This document shows, piece by piece, positions 13,901-28,466 of a stretch of 64,000 bases of DNA. Position 1 is the first letter of the stretch; every line of letters begins with the position of its first letter. Under the pieces are notes generated by a model that worked only from the letters and a program-made list of their open reading frames with translations, made no database searches and was not told the DNA's origin. The position numbers and the translations under genes were made by a program. Source of the stretch: Marsupella aquatica (Eukaryota; Plantae; Marchantiophyta); the NCBI GenBank assembly GCA_973895155.1, contig OZ316893.1, positions 11,165,660 through 11,229,659 of the forward strand, given 5' to 3'.

Positions 13901-14647
13901 ATGAATTTAAGGATCTTATTTATTAATATGTTTTCATTGCAGTGATTAAATTAATTCTATGTAGTGTTGAACTGTTTCCCTGCAAAAGACTTGCACACCC
14001 AAACACCATATATGGTCGCAACAATCACATGGCTGAGATGACATCATGACCGCAAGGATTGTGTGGCCACCACATCAACATGGCTGCAATGATAGCATAG
14101 ACAAAACAAACTCATTGCCGTAACAACAACATGCTCATGCGAATCTCATGGCCCAAATGATCTCATGGTTGTAACAACAATCTTGCCACATTGGGCTCGT
14201 TGAGCTATTTGTTTAACTCAACTAGCCTACAGTTGGCTGGGTTATCTATAATTTGAAAGCTAAAATATTAATAAGTTTTTGAGCAGGGTAGGTGCAAACC
14301 TGATCGTCCCTACTATGGTAGTCAACTGCTGCCCTTTGATTGCCATTATCTCTCAGGCTATGGGAGGACAAAATCATTTGTTGCCCACTTTATTATTATT
14401 ATTATTAATGGCTGATTATGGTGACCTAGATAGATACTCCAAATTTTGAAAATGGTTTGAAACTGAACGGTGTTGATTTAAGGGTAAAAGTGCACCATGT
14501 ATAAGTGCATTCCATGGGTAACTGCAAACTGGCCGTGTACTCCCCTAATATTACAGTGTTTTCCTTTGTAAATGCACCCAAAATTGCTCCTTCTGTAAAT
14601 GCAGGTCAATCTTACTAAATGACATATACATAAGTGCATTTTCATTT

Positions 14648-14930
14648 CTCAGGGGTTTCACTTCCACAAAAATGACATATCAAGTGTGACAAAGTATAAG
14701 GTCATTTTATTGGTTCAAAGGGAAGACTTCAAATTTATAAAAAAAAAACAATAGGATTTTTTAAATCAAATTTTGAGACTTATAAGAACATTATAACCAA
14801 ATTTTTAATATTTCAAGAATATTCCAACTTCATAGGGGTTGTAAAATAATTTTTTTCTTAAATTTTAGGGGGTACGAGGCCTAAATACGTCGCAGGTGAT
14901 GGGGAGACATCCATATAGTGAGACCCCGAG
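14648..14930 (-). mobile_element. MITE of the CTCGGGG family (~285 bp), diverged copy
   Basis: TIRs ctcaggggtttcact ... agtgagaccccgag. Reverse-complement homolog of 33968-34264 and 58143-58431. Degenerate 8-bp flanking repeat tttcattt / ttccatct. Confidence 0.85.
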
Positions 14931-15681
14931 TTCCATCTATAAAAGTGAACATGCATTTATCAAATACCGCAATGCATATGTTAGCGGGTATGTTAGAAGC
15001 ATTTATTGAGAAGTGCAACCAACAACTACCTAAGGTAGCTTTTCATGCACTTATCCAATTGAATCGTGCACTATGAGGGTTCAGGGTGGCATGATCTGAA
15101 GACTCCACATTGTATAGCCTGACAAGGAGTATGAGGAAATACATAAGCAATTTGACATGCACTTAACCAACAGTGCAGCATGCACATATGGCCAAGTGCT
15201 TAAATGATATCCCATGTACTTATGGCATAATGCATAACTTATGACAGAGTGCATCACTTGGATAAGTGCAGTGTTTGGGGTGTCTTCCGGGGAGCCTGCA
15301 CTTAGACACGGTGCACTTAGACACGGTAGATTGTAACTATGAACAGAAACTACAAAGAAAAACAAATGCACAGAAACTACGAAGAAAAACAAATGCAGTA
15401 GGGGGTTTACGGCGAGAAGTCAGAAGGAGGGTTGGTAGGGGTTTAGAGGAAGAAGTGGAGAGTGGCACCCAGAAGCGTTGATTTTGCAGGTTCAGACTTC
15501 AGAGCCAACATAGCTTTCTTTCTTCGATCGTTTCTCTGTGCACGCTTTACAACAGAATTCATGACCCTAGCTGTGAAATCTCGAAGCAGCATCTCCTGAA
15601 ATCACAGGGACCATCTATAATTGTCAAAAGGGCGGGTTCCAGATTCCAGATCGAGTTTGCTTCCAGAGCCGGAGGAAGGGG

Positions 15682-18212
15682 ATGCTTCGTCAATGGCTGC
15701 AAGCATCTATCCAAGCAACTCGCCGTGGTACGAATCTTGTGATTTGCCCTTTCTGATTTCTTGCGTTTGCTCATTCCCTCGTTCTGTACGACCTTCTGAA
15801 GTTCAGTTTGCCCGTGATGAAATGAGTTCTCACAGCCCATCTTCCGAGTGTTTTGTCACTTACGTTACCGTTGATGGCAGCTGTGGCATGGAATTTGAAG
15901 GATATCAGCCCTCCTGCAGAAGTTGTTCTCTTTAATTGCGGTAAGCCAGAGGATTTGAACCACTGGGAGGTGTATTCGGACTCTAAACATGGAGGTGAGC
16001 GAGTTTGGACGGAGTTTTTTAGGCCTCATCAATTTTTATTAGGTTCCACTGTTTCCAAGCCTACAATGCTGGAAAGCTTATCCAAAGGGAGTCCTTTGTT
16101 TTGTGCAATCTTCAGATAGCAGTAGTTACATCAAATTACGATCAATGAATTGTGTGTTATTTAAATCGTCAAGGTCGTTTACATCTTTGTAGAGGTCCTC
16201 TGGAATTGGGAGAACTGTCATCTATCTCTTTTGATAACTAGCTGCCGTTTCATAATTCGTTTATGTTATCAATGTTACGAGCACTCTGGCTCACAAGGAG
16301 GATATAGTCTAGCTACTGGACGCCCAGGGTTTCATAGTTTGAAGTTGGTTTTCCGAATTTTGTCGCCTTGGGGCATAGGTCTTCCGCACGTCTTTTGCGT
16401 CTGCTATTAGATCCCTTATTTGTGAGGTGCTCATCACTCATCATTTTTTGTCTTCACTTCAGGTTTATCATCTGCTACTCTTGACTTGACGAAAAATCAT
16501 CGGAATAGGGCAGGTATCTCAAATTCATGACATGAACTGTCACCTAGTTTTATACGAGTGGGTGGACTTAGTCATGGAGCTTCATTATAAGCTGTTGAGA
16601 ACAAATGAACGAACATCCTCACTACATTAGTTTCAGCATTAGGGTAGACTACAGAGAAGTAACGATACACTGGATCTGCAGTGATCAACTGCTTCACTTG
16701 ATGGTCTTCAGCTTTGACAGATGCGCACGAAATTCCCAATAATGCTTGATTCGCGAGGGACGAGTTCTTTCTTGTTGAACGTGGAGCTTGGCACTCCTTG
16801 AGATGGGATGCCATTGGTCCAACGGAAATTGACACGTAAATGTTGGTGCTATTGAAAATGGACACGACAGGGGCGGTGAAGTATAGATAACGATGTAACT
16901 GGTTATTCTGCAGGTGTTTTCAGCGGATCCCTGTCAGAAAATGTGTTGGATGACGAACTTGTGACACTGAAGCGGAGCGGGTTTGTAGGTATGCGAACCA
17001 TGGAGGTAAGCTTGAAAGGCAATTGTGATTGCTTTCTCGATATGAATGTCATATGCTATAATCGGACGTGGTATTGGACCACAAATGCTCCAAACTGTGC
17101 ATTCCAAGTTGAGTATGGCCAAGGAACTGCAATAGAAATGAGTGGTGTTGAGCAGGGGAGCTTCTGTTTTTGTTCTGCTACTTCTGATGTGTGGCTGGGC
17201 TCTCTCGTGGACAGGACAGATGTAGACTTGATCTGGAGCCCTTTCAGGCCCTTTTATTCCGTGTCAAGGGAGATGGGCGCTGTTACATCTCCACTGTATG
17301 TTGGGCCAACCACTACTATGTCTTCTTGATAATCGAAAACTCATAAAATAATCTTGGTCTGCCAAATTTTAGTAGCATTTGAGTTCACTTTTATGGTGCT
17401 TATCATAGTGTCTTTACATGTTTAACCATGCATGCCATTATGGTCAATGATGAGGGGAAAGTAGTAAAGTACTCCTGAAAGATTTCATATTGAAATAAGG
17501 AAGAAGTAGGTACATCTAGAGCCAGCGGAGAACAGACAATGATGTGTCAGTTTTTCTGACTACTTTGTGTTTCCCTTCAGCTTCGTACAGAAAGCTGGGT
17601 AACAGGACCGACCGAGGGCGGATTCAACACATGGCAGGCGTTTTTGTTTGCACCGAGGGATGAATGGAGTACAATTGAGGTAAGTCGTAAGGACCACATC
17701 TCTATCTGTTTTCATTTTGGATACGACACTGAAAATTTGAAAAACAACCTTCCAAATTTTGGACAAATTGAGAACCGACAGGAGATTCACCTTCGCGTTG
17801 GAAGTTATTAGATTTCTGTTTGATGAGTGCTGTTTATCGGCTGAAATGTTTTGTGGAGAATGATTTTGAGGGTGTAGTCTTCCTTGCTTGGTATCGAGGT
17901 GCTTAGAACTATATTACCTACATTGTCTCCTTGAATTGAGGTTATTACAATGGCTCAGATCATGCTCCAAAAAGAGAATTAGCTTGAAGTTTGACAATTA
18001 TTGTCTTCTCTGAATGTGCTCAGATTCCTATTTCCCGGTATCTTCCAACATGGAGGGGAAAGATACTACCTGTAGATCATAAGATGAATCTCAGAAGCGT
18101 TACTGGCTTGGGTCTATCAACAACTGTAGAAGGACCTGAAGTGGCCGTTAAAGGGCCTGGAGACTTCAGACTGGAGATCCAGTGGATCAAGGCAATTCAA
18201 AAGAACATCTAG
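15682..18212 (+). CDS. NDUFAF1: mitochondrial complex I intermediate-associated protein 30 (CIA30/NDUFAF1), 7 exons
   Basis: GT-AG exons 15682-15727, 15881-15994, 16463-16513, 16914-17005, 17215-17295, 17581-17679 and 18024-18212 splice in frame. They give MLRQWLQASIQATRRAVAWN...WEVYSDSKHGGLSSATL...GVFSGSLS...KRSGFVGMRT...VKGDGRCYIST LRTESWV...WQAFLFAP...IPISRYLPTWRG...GPGDFRLEIQWIKA, the plant CIA30 motif series. Confidence 0.93.
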
Positions 18213-20750
18213 AAGGTTGAGGCATTCTTCAGGTTCAGATGTAGCATTTACATGTGAGCGAGACGACCCTAAGCAAACCAACAGCTGGCCGTTGTGAGCT
18301 GTCTTTCCATTGTTTGCAGAAGTTAGGACGCAGAGTAGGGTCGTCATTTTTACCGGAGTAAAATGATCCCACGGTGCCACTGGACAGCTCATACATGTCC
18401 GGTCATAGTGGGAGCTTGGGGACGATCATGCGTCCATGCAAAGTAGATAGCACAGTGGGGACCATGGTTCCATCGTTACCCTAGAACTTGCTTGTTTCAT
18501 GAGCTGGGCAACATCATTTGCTTGTGCTTGAATCAGTGACGTATCTTGTTTGAAATCGAGGCATTAGACCCTAGTGTGGGTGGCTTTCAGAACAGACGTG
18601 TAGGAGAGACGTGTGTCCTTTCGGTGGTCTGACTTATTTACAATGACGTTGAGTGTTTGAGCTATTGATCATTCTTACCAGCTCCGGTGTGTTCGTGCCC
18701 TCGCCAGAGGGCAATTGGCGATATGAAAATTTCGGGAAAGGTGAAAGTAATAGCGGGCCTTACCTGTGAACCTATTTCGTAATATTTGCTGATTTTGTGT
18801 TGATAGACTAGTGGAAGGCAGGAAAGGCAAAAGACGGTTCCAAAGTGAGCCTCGCAAAATCATATCGTGGCTCAGATTAGACAAAGAAATACCCTGGATG
18901 CGGCAGGTCCTATATTTATGAGAAGATGAGCAAGGTTGCAGGCAAGGGCAGGAAGCTGCGCAAAGGCAGGAAATGGGATCAATTAGTTACTACATGACTA
19001 TTGAGATCGTCAAACGCCCTTCTACTGTCGTAGCTCTTGATGATGGTCAGCATCTTCTTACATTTACAGTAACGGTCATGCCTGTCTGCTCGAACGAGCT
19101 TCCTTCAAGCAAAGCTACGTAGTTGGTGTACGCCTATTTCATGGCCTTGAAACTGGTGACTTTCGACATAGCATGAAGCCACTTTGAATAATCTCGCTTG
19201 AATTCTCTACTGAAATGTCTGAGGTGGCAGTTTTCAGAGCTCGTAGCAAAAGCAAATCTCTTTCACAGCAACGACCAGCAGTAGAAAGCTTTAAAGACTG
19301 AAGCTCATGTGGCTTTGGATCAGAGAGGCGGATTACGTATATGATTTTCAAGGAGACAAGGCACTATGTTCGTCTGTTATTATTCTTGTCCGATCATCAA
19401 ACGTTACTACCCCAAAGAGCAATGTCTCAGCATTGGCGAGTGATCCCTGTTCTGTAGCTCGAGAGGGGTGGCACTTTCTACTACCTCCGGCCAGCGTTCA
19501 GTTCATAGAATATAATCAAGCCAAGGTTTCATATCTGCCTGGAACTGAAAATGTTATCAGAGAATGTCATGATGTAACGTGAAGAAAGCTATTTGCTTAG
19601 AGTCGAACAAGGTTTGGCTCATTGTGGTCTCCTAAACCCAGTGAACGCAAACTTACCCTTCTCAGTCACAAAAGGACTGTACATTGAATGCTGGAAACGG
19701 AACTTTGCTGCTTATCACCAAAATTTCATTGGTCGATGAGACATTTCAAAATCTGCATTCAAGAATGTGTGAGAACAAGCAGGGAATAGGGGTTAAAGAC
19801 AAAGACTAAATAGCAATATCCTTCAACATATGCTAGCCCCTGGATTGAAACCTTAGTGTAACCCTGATATAGAGACTTCCGAGTCATCAAATAGACTTCA
19901 ACCAATGCACCAACGGAAGGTAAAACAAAGGTCTTTCAAGTGAATTGAGAAGCTATCTATTTCAGAACCATGAAAACATGAAGCTCTCCAGTTCCAAAGT
20001 GGCCTGTGAGGTGCACTTGGTAGAGATGATACTTCAGCTACTTTCCGGGTCCTCAACGAACTGTCCAAAATCTCTTCTTAAAGAAAACAAATCTGCACCC
20101 AATTAACATCTGCACCCAAATCTCACTTTCTAGCCTGACGCCAGAACGAGCTGTCCAAAATTCGTGCACTGCATCGGAAGAACTAGAGAACCCGTCTAGT
20201 TTTGAGATCATTAAGCTGATGCATATATTATTTCCAAAATGGCTGGTGGCCGAGATGCTACTCTTGAAGCAAATGGATGATATGACAACCCAATTATCTC
20301 TCAGCACCCTGGGTTGAGGATTTCCAGCATTCCCAATACCCTAATCGGATCACATCGACCCGTTCAGAACGACTGAAGCAATGGGCACGGACGAAGCCTT
20401 CTAGTTCTCTCTCTATCCGGGTGCTGAACGAGCTTCCCAAATTACGTGATACTAGACCAGGAGTACATAACCTCCAGTGGCTTGTTAATAATTTAGGCCT
20501 ACGAATGACGTCTTCAATCTACATACCCAAACAGCTCAACTTGAATCCTTGTGAGTAAGGTAGTCCCGTCTTGCTTTGTGATGTTACTGCTATTTACAAC
20601 TAACTACACACAGTGAATGAGACTATGTTTTTGGAATGATCTAGAGTTTATGAAACCATGTCATTCTTTCACAGGAGATAAAGCGGATTCTCTTTGAGTT
20701 CATTCCAACATACACAGTCATCCGATCGGGCAGACAATGAACAAAGGGCC

Positions 20751-21221
20751 TCAATCGCCCACCAATCCTTTGGTACTGTTCAGAATCGCAGTGAAAAGGC
20801 CCTCCTGTCTCGACACAAACTGCTCCTCTGTTTGGCCATTAACTGGGTCCAATTCGAAGGTCCACACCACCAGAGTTTGCCAGTTCTCCTTGCTCTTGGC
20901 GTCGATGGTTGCAGTGTAACCAGTCCAGCCCAAATTAATCCATTCTGTGCTATAGCTGCTCCTGTGATTCACATCGTCGACGGAGATGAGTCGCTCGCGG
21001 GCCTCGACTGTCACCGAGCCATCAGGCAGAGGTGCAGTCAGTGCCCGAAGGGATCCTACTTTGTTCTTCTCTCCTTCAACAGTTTCGCATGACGAGAAAA
21101 TCTGCGGGAACAACTTGCTCAGTCCGTCAAAGTTGGAAAGAATCGGCCATACTTTGTCGATTGGTGCCGCAATGACCTCTGTCACTTTCCCTCTCCACTT
21201 CCCACCTTGTGTCCCTGCCAT
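20751..21221 (-). CDS. SRPBCC/START-fold polyketide cyclase/dehydrase family protein (lachrymatory-factor-synthase-like, PYR/PYL-related fold), intronless
   Basis: KWRGKVTEVIAAPIDKVWPILSNF...SCETVEGE..VGSLR...ARERLISVD...WTFELDPV is typical of Polyketide_cyc2. The first ATG is at 21221; the ORF track starts at a TTG. Confidence 0.88.
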   Translation of the reverse strand: MAGTQGGKWRGKVTEVIAAPIDKVWPILSNFDGLSKLFPQIFSSCETVEGEKNKVGSLRALTAPLPDGSVTVEARERLISVDDVNHRSSYSTEWINLGWTGYTATIDAKSKENWQTLVVWTFELDPVNGQTEEQFVSRQEGLFTAILNSTKGLVGD

Positions 21222-22939
21222 TGCTGCAATGGGATTCAATTATATGTGAGACAACCATAATGGAGAAGCAGGTCGCCTAGATAGTAAGAAACAAGCATAA
21301 TTCTCTCAGAGATTACACATTGTTCCGTATTCTTTTGGATAGATCACCATGAAATCGATCTTATATTTCCACTTGTAGAACATCCACTCATAAATTTTAC
21401 TTTCTGGTGCCCATAACTATAATGGACGGAACATCACCAACCTTCAACGAAAGCTACACAGAAAATCAGCTAAGTGAATAGCTCATTGACAGCCAACTTA
21501 ATCCGCATCAGTTGGACAGAAACCGGAAGTTGTCAGCTGGGTAGATACACCAAACGGAAAAGGTGCCATTTAGGCCGAAAGGATAACCCCGGTTGATTTG
21601 ACTCAGTGTTACCGTCAGTGAAGGAAAGAGGAAAGCAATGATTAAGAAGGAGATAGCATCAAGTTACCAACGGACGTAGTAGAGCAAACCCCAACGCAAC
21701 GTTTCACTCGATACAGAGTGGTGCTCCAGAAACAGTGAGACAGTCACAGCCGGCAGCGCAGAACTGAATGACAGAGGACAAGAAACTGTGATTCTCCAAT
21801 GATGGTACACAATTTAAACTGCTTTTGAAGGATTGGTGAAGCAAAACCAATTCAGAGAACGTGATGAGCACTCGCTGACGTTCTTCATCATCCAGCAGAA
21901 TGATGTCACAAGTGCTGCTGCTATAATTGGTACAGATCAAGTTGTCATGCATGCACCCACTTGGATCTTCCCTTGCCACATAAGCATGGACCTCTTCGCT
22001 TGTCCAAACGGGATAGGAGAAGCGTTCAGAGAGGACCAAGGGAAACTTAATTAGAGCAACCATCGCCAGGTCCTCTGTTGACTCTGCTCTACTCAATTCT
22101 CCGGTATTTCGGTACTCTTTCTATGGACTTTTGTTGACTCTGTTCTCGTTTGTGGACTCTCTGGAGTCTGGACACCATTCTCCTGTATTTTTGTATTATG
22201 TTGGCTTTTTTAAGCTCCACTGCACCAGAATTTGAAGCCCCCATGGACAGCAAGGCTGGTCTTTGAGCTTAATTTTAATAATTTGATATTCACACAGAGT
22301 GAATTTTTGGCCATTTTGGTTGAGATTGTCATCATAAAATGCGCCGAGGGTAAATTCTTTTAGATTAATTTTCATTGTGTAGTTTTTAAAAAATCTGCTC
22401 CTCCTCTAGTTGCCTGCAGGTGCAAACTAAAAATTATTGTAGTACTTATAATCATCAAGTTATGGGCCCCCAACTCCCATGGGCCCCCAACTCCCAGGGG
22501 CCACCAAAATGTGGTCCCAGGTAGCACTGTATCCAATAATATGGTGGCCCACCTTGGTTTCAGTTTCAATGGACTGAGGGTCTTTTACAAAATTAGCAAG
22601 TGTGGCAAATTGTACCTTGTGTTAGGGAGCTGATGTCAAGAATCTTCCTTGTGACAATTCTTATCTTAAGTCCTAATTGTGAAATCTCCCTAGATATCAG
22701 GAGAGCCATCAGATTGTGGCTACTTGAAGCTATGGTATGGTGAGAAACTGGTTAATGAGACCCAAGAAAAAGTGGCAAGTTTGACCCAAAGGTGGAATTT
22801 GGCAAAGTTTTATCACTGTCCATAGAAAACCCTGAATAGACGAGTCTGTGACAATCCCACCGTCTATGAACCGTCTATGCAAAAAATATAAATGTCCACG
22901 TAATCCATACAATCCATATTATATAATAAAATACACAGT

Positions 22940-23185
22940 CTATGCAAAATGTTCCTATGTCCACAGTAATTCAAGTGTTTTTTTAAGTACTCGTGGTATT
23001 CTTTTGTCCTTAGTACCCAAAAAGTTTTTCATGTTCCTTTATTATTCCTTTGTCCATAGTAGTGAAGGGTCAATTTACAATGTTCGAGTACCCAAAGAGT
23101 TTTTCATGTTCTGACTTTTTGTCCATAGTAGTGAAGGGTAAATTTATTATGTTCTTGTTACTCTTCTATCCATAGTACTTGAAAT
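22940..23185. repeat. degenerate AT-rich tandem repeats
   Basis: gtccatagtagtgaaggg..aattta and agtacccaaa.agtttttcatgttc each recur. Confidence 0.55.
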
Positions 23186-24219
23186 ATTTCTTAGCTTACC
23201 TTAGTCAATGTTATAGTAACTGAAGAGTTTATTTCTACCCAAATAAAATTCAATTAAATAGAGAATTTAAATAACATACCCATAAATACTCATATAAACA
23301 TCACAACCCATCCAAAGGTTATTTTCTATTATCTCGTTTTTACCTTTCTTGTTTATTTGAAATATTATTTTTAGTCTTCCTTTATTTACACACTTATCAT
23401 GTCGTTGTTTTTCTTTGCTTTGTAGCAAACACTAAAGTCATGTTCTATTCTTCTTGCATGCATAACCAACTTTTCTTGTTTATTATCATTTATAGTGCTC
23501 ATATGACTTACACGCGCTTGGAAGGAGAGTCATGGGTCCATAATAAGCATTTACACTTAAAAAAAGGTTTGCACCCTTCGAACCCCTCTTTCGGCTCTAA
23601 TCCCACTGTAGAGCTACAGTAGGACATTCAAGCAACTATAACTATAAAAGAGCTACAAATTTGATATAGTCTAGAAATCTCACGACCTGTAGAAATCTTC
23701 ATCCATCACTACTCAGGAACTACACGATGTTAAAAAGTGAGCAAATGATTGAATCAAATTAATAAACTTTCACTTTCAAGAATAGTCATTGTGGTCCCAC
23801 ATGACTTTGTGGTAGCTCACTTGAATAGTTTTGGGTTCAATTATTGTGACTTCCCTTTCTGTGTGATTTCAAAGATTTCTCCTTAAAGGAAAATTAAAAT
23901 AAAGTCATTGTGAGTCTTTGAAATATGATACACACCATGATTGAGATCATTGCCTATGAAGTAAGGTTGGTGGCAGTACTGGTCGTTTCTCCAGCGACGC
24001 AGCTATGAATCTAAAGTAGACTCTTTCGATCTCAAGTCTCCATATGGTCTCAAACTGAAGCTGACTGAAGTTCCTAAGACGCTCTAAAGCTTCAATAAGC
24101 TTAACAATTGGTCAAGCGAAGTTCAATGTTATATCAAATTGTGCATGCAGGCCAGACTTCACGAGGTACGTGATCATGAGCTGGCTGGTTTCTCTGATCG
24201 TCGTAATTGTTTGAAAGAC

Positions 24220-27200
24220 TTAGAAGCACTTGTTCAGTCTCGGAGGCGGCGGCAGTGTCTCGTTTATCCCGACGCCATTTTTGACGATAAATGCCATCTG
24301 CATTCCCCAGGATACGTGCTTATCGAGATGGCAGTGAAAGAGCCAGACCCCTGCTTCAATCAAGCCGCCAATCATGACAATGGGTTTCGTTAGATCATCG
24401 CGAATCATAAGCTGTTAAAATAATGGATCGCGAAACAAAAGATGTGTGCTCGGTCTGGGAATCATAATAAAAGCAGTCCTCTGGTCACTCCGAGGTTGGT
24501 CTTCACTTGCTCAAGGATAGATGTGGTCAGAAGGAAAGTTTCAATAATAAGAGCCTGGATGAGAACCAAAGACAATGGTAGTTCTGAACACCTAGTCAAT
24601 TATAGGTACGTGATATCTAGCTCGCTTTACAGCATCGTTTCAAATACAAGTACACCCCATAATTGCCCAAGTTAATTACCACGCACCTGGATTAGTAGCT
24701 CTGAACCTGATTGCCACCCACCCACCAGATTCCACATCGATAGTGAAGCGCGAAGGAGGGTCAACGGTGTTGAAAGTGGATGGACTGTTCACGAAATCGT
24801 AGTTTCCGGCCCCCCGTCCAATGACAAAGAAACTGTAACCATGCAGGTGGAAAGGGTGGTTCTCAAACTCAAAGAATACGGTGTCCTGAAGAACAAGCTC
24901 CACAGTATGCCCGTACTCGATCTCTGTCAGCTTCGTGCCTGGATGTGTAAGTATCCCTGACAGAGGCGGACTCGAAGGGTAGGTGTAGTTAAACGGAGTG
25001 GGCGGGTAGTCGGGGAAATCTGTGGTGAACACTCCGGGAATGTTATAGTAATAAGCCTGAAGCAAAGCGATTGTTGGCAAAGTGAATGAGACGTTGTTGA
25101 CGGACGCCGATACTCGATAAGTGCACTTCTGGTTCGGCAAACATGTCCCGTTTATCAATGACGAGATCCCCACCGTAAAGTAAAGATGGCGATCGACAGT
25201 TTGTGGTACTTTTTCGGGAGTCAGAGTCTTCAGTTTACTCTGAAAATTCTTGGCGGCTGCCATATCGGCGGTTCGAGGAAATGTGGGAAAGGAAATGTTG
25301 CCTTTGGTCATCTCGTACGAAGCTTCAGTGACCGTGGTGGTACTCGTATACTGCAGGAGCGCAGAGGTTTCCACCATGGGGAAGTCGAGTTCTAAATATT
25401 TCGCTTCAGCTGGAGTGTAATCAGTAAGGTCTGTAACGATTTGCGACTTGAATGATTTGGCCGCCATATAGAAGCTACTCCCATTTGGGAGATGGTGGGT
25501 CGTCAAAAGCACGTTGGTGGTTTGTCCCGGGGCAATGAAAATGTGGGAAGTTTGGAACGGTTTGACGTACTCAGAGTCCACCTCCACCACCGTGAGAGTA
25601 TGGTTGGCCACCCCAAAAAATACCTCTGTATTGAGAACCGCATTGATGATACGCAGAAGGTATGTCTTTCTTGGGGAGACCTTGAATGTAGTGATCCCTG
25701 CACATATCAATTTCTGGATACTGTTCATCAGCAATTGATCAAGATTCTGCTGGCAAGGATATTACAGATCGTAGAGACTCCAATGCTGAGGGATCGAGTG
25801 GTTGATTACCTTCAGTGGCGCTGCAATTGTATAGAGCGCCGGCACGGCCATTAATGAGCAGCGCATCTGCAACTTGAAAGGCCCCTCCAGATCGAAGGCC
25901 GGCCAATTCCACCTGCTCCACATCAGCATTCCACCATTCCTCTGCAGCCATAAATTCAGACACAGACATTCACGTAACATGCACTCATCTTGTGCTCAAC
26001 TATGACCCTATTCCAGTTTTCAGCAGACAGCTGCTGCAGCTTTGACACTCGTACATTGAATTGAACCAGCTGTAGTGTGTACGCCTAATATGATCAAGTG
26101 GCAGGTTTTGGATCCAAACTACAGTCACTTCAATCAGAATATATCGTCAAATTTTATTTTAGATATAACATGATATGGGGGCAACCACTTAAGCATAAAG
26201 CACGTGCAGGTCATTGGTGCTGAGATTGATCTTCGCCTTGAATTAAAGTTGTGTACATTTAGTGTGGACATAAAGCAAATTTTAATGAAAAGCTTCTACA
26301 ATCACATAACTACTGGAATCCCCTGTGACTGGTGGTGTACTGACATACGACAAGATTAGGCAAGTCAACTGGCCTTGAAGTTTTTTCAACTGGTAAGACA
26401 AGCAAAGACTGCAGTATGACATGTTCGGAGGGCTAAGGCCATGGCATTTGATAGGTTCCATTTCATAGCATGAAGGCTGCGAAGGTTGATCAAACGTTTC
26501 AGGCCTTCCAACGGTCTGTCGTTAGCCTTGATCATCTGTCTATAGGTCTAGATCAGAAAGCAGTGTACACTCGACAAGGAAAGGAGGCCGGATTGAACGA
26601 GAGGGGTGGCCGGGTGAGCTCAAGGTGTACCGGGCCTGCAGTTCTTGAGCGAAAATACTAAGGTCTAGTTTTACATACCAATGATCACAGGGAACTCGTT
26701 GGCCGGCTTGCCAAAAGGGTAGGAGAAATTGGATGGGTAGACAACGATGCCCCCATGCAGGCTGGCTCTTGCCCAATTGACGTGCGCATGCCAGAAGAGC
26801 GTCCCACGCTGTCCAGTTATCGTGAAGTTGTACGTGAAGTAGTCTCCGGGCTGAATCGGGCAATTCGAAACGTAACCCGTTCCGTCAGACCAGCATGACA
26901 ACATCTGCTTCACACCATGCCTGCAACCCAAGGAATTCCAAATTATTATCAGAAGTTAGCCTCGCAACCGCTATTAAGGTCATTTTTCATGCTCTGTCGT
27001 AAATTCATGCATGAACACTTCACAGTGATTGATTGGTGAACTTGTAAATTCGTTTGAACAGCTTTACATTATTTTCTGTCTCGCAGTTGTGAACGAGTCA
27101 ACTGGTTTTGAAGTATGTCTCGCTTCGTTGACCGTATGAATTAAGGTCTGATGGAGGGCTGTCTCTGCACCTGTGAAAAGTGGAAGGGCTATAAATCGCT

Positions 27201-28466
27201 GGGTTGCAAGACCCACATGATGCGAACTTCTATGAACTTCCTCTGGCTAGTCTTTGTAGCTTATTGATCAGACGAAGCCTTCCGAGAGAGAGAACCCTTT
27301 CGGATTTTCGAAATGCGCCTCCATGTGGTCATTTCTGGACTTTTAGACTGATTTGCTTTTGTTTCATTTTGGGTTTGACATCACACATAGGAAAAACCAA
27401 CAGAATACACAGGATAGCTACTAATACATCTGTACCAATGGATAGTCAAATTTGCATTGGCGTGATTGGTGACGTTCACGATAACGCGGTCGCCCTCGAC
27501 AGCATAGACGGTGGGTCCAGGGAATTCACCGTTCACTGTGAGGAGTGGTTTAGTGACACAATTCGCCGTCTTGCTGACATACCGAATCTGTACGTCACCA
27601 TACACAGCAAAAACAACATATCCCCTCAATATCAACAAGATACTGCTATTGTTGGACTAATTACTTTGATTACTTTAAGCTACAGTCTTGGTCGTAGCTA
27701 CGATTACTTCCCATGACAACCAATTTAAATATTTCTACACATATTCGCTGTGTAACCAGATAGCTCCGAACCGTTTCCTGAAGCTTTAAGTGATCAAATG
27801 CATCAGGCATAGGCAAATCTGCCGTGAAATTGCTGTAAAGGTTAGTCTGAGCTAGTTGAAGCGCTTTCTGCTCAGAACTCAAAGTTCTAGCAAACGGTAC
27901 ATCTAGCTCCTGTCGATATATCTATTCCCAATCATAGAGTTTGAATTAAGATTCCCAAATTGATCAGGAGGATTGGAACTATGCTCGCAGCAGGCGGTGG
28001 GTTGGTCTAGATAGAAAATTTATCAAGTATAGCATTGCTTCAGCAAGGAAACACCGATATGTACCTAGCCTTGCTTTATACATACGCTGCAAATTTCGAG
28101 CTGTACAGATTATCAGGGACCAAAACAAACGATGAAAGACATGCTCGACAATACGATATCACAAAGTTTGAAACTCAGTTTCTCTAGAACTGAATAATTC
28201 GCAACCACAGCAAAACGTTGAAGGAAGTAAATGGAGAATGAGAATGAACTGACATGGAAATCGTAGAACCTCGTTGTGGGTGTGTAGAGTCCATTATATT
28301 CGGGCCCCACAAGACGTTTTTCGACTGTCTCGATGCTTTCCGCCACGATGTCTGTCGTGGGCTCCGCCCGACGGATTGCAATGGCCGCCAGGAGACTAAA
28401 CAAAATGAATGTTACGGATGATCTCTGCAATCGTGAGTGATTATATGGACTTTGATTGAATTGCAT
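24220..28466 (-). CDS. LAC: plant laccase (multicopper oxidase), 6 exons
   Basis: Exons 28466-28254, 27587-27436, 26920-26679, 25941-25810, 25697-24687 and 24350-24220, all GT-AG. All four copper motifs are present: IHWHG, FWHAH, HPFHLHG and WLFHCHLDKHVSWGM. There is a hydrophobic signal-like segment near the N-terminus. An alternative in-frame ATG lies at 28532. Confidence 0.95.

Noticed and set aside
7070-14200. Possible large element hosting the 8211-11367 LTR (catgttgatgtgg inverted match at ~7070 and ~14070)
   Set aside because: Only a 13-bp match, with no TSD and no transposase remnant recognised.
21704-22096. 130-aa ORF on the - strand
   Set aside because: Non-ATG start, no recognisable motif and no splice partners.
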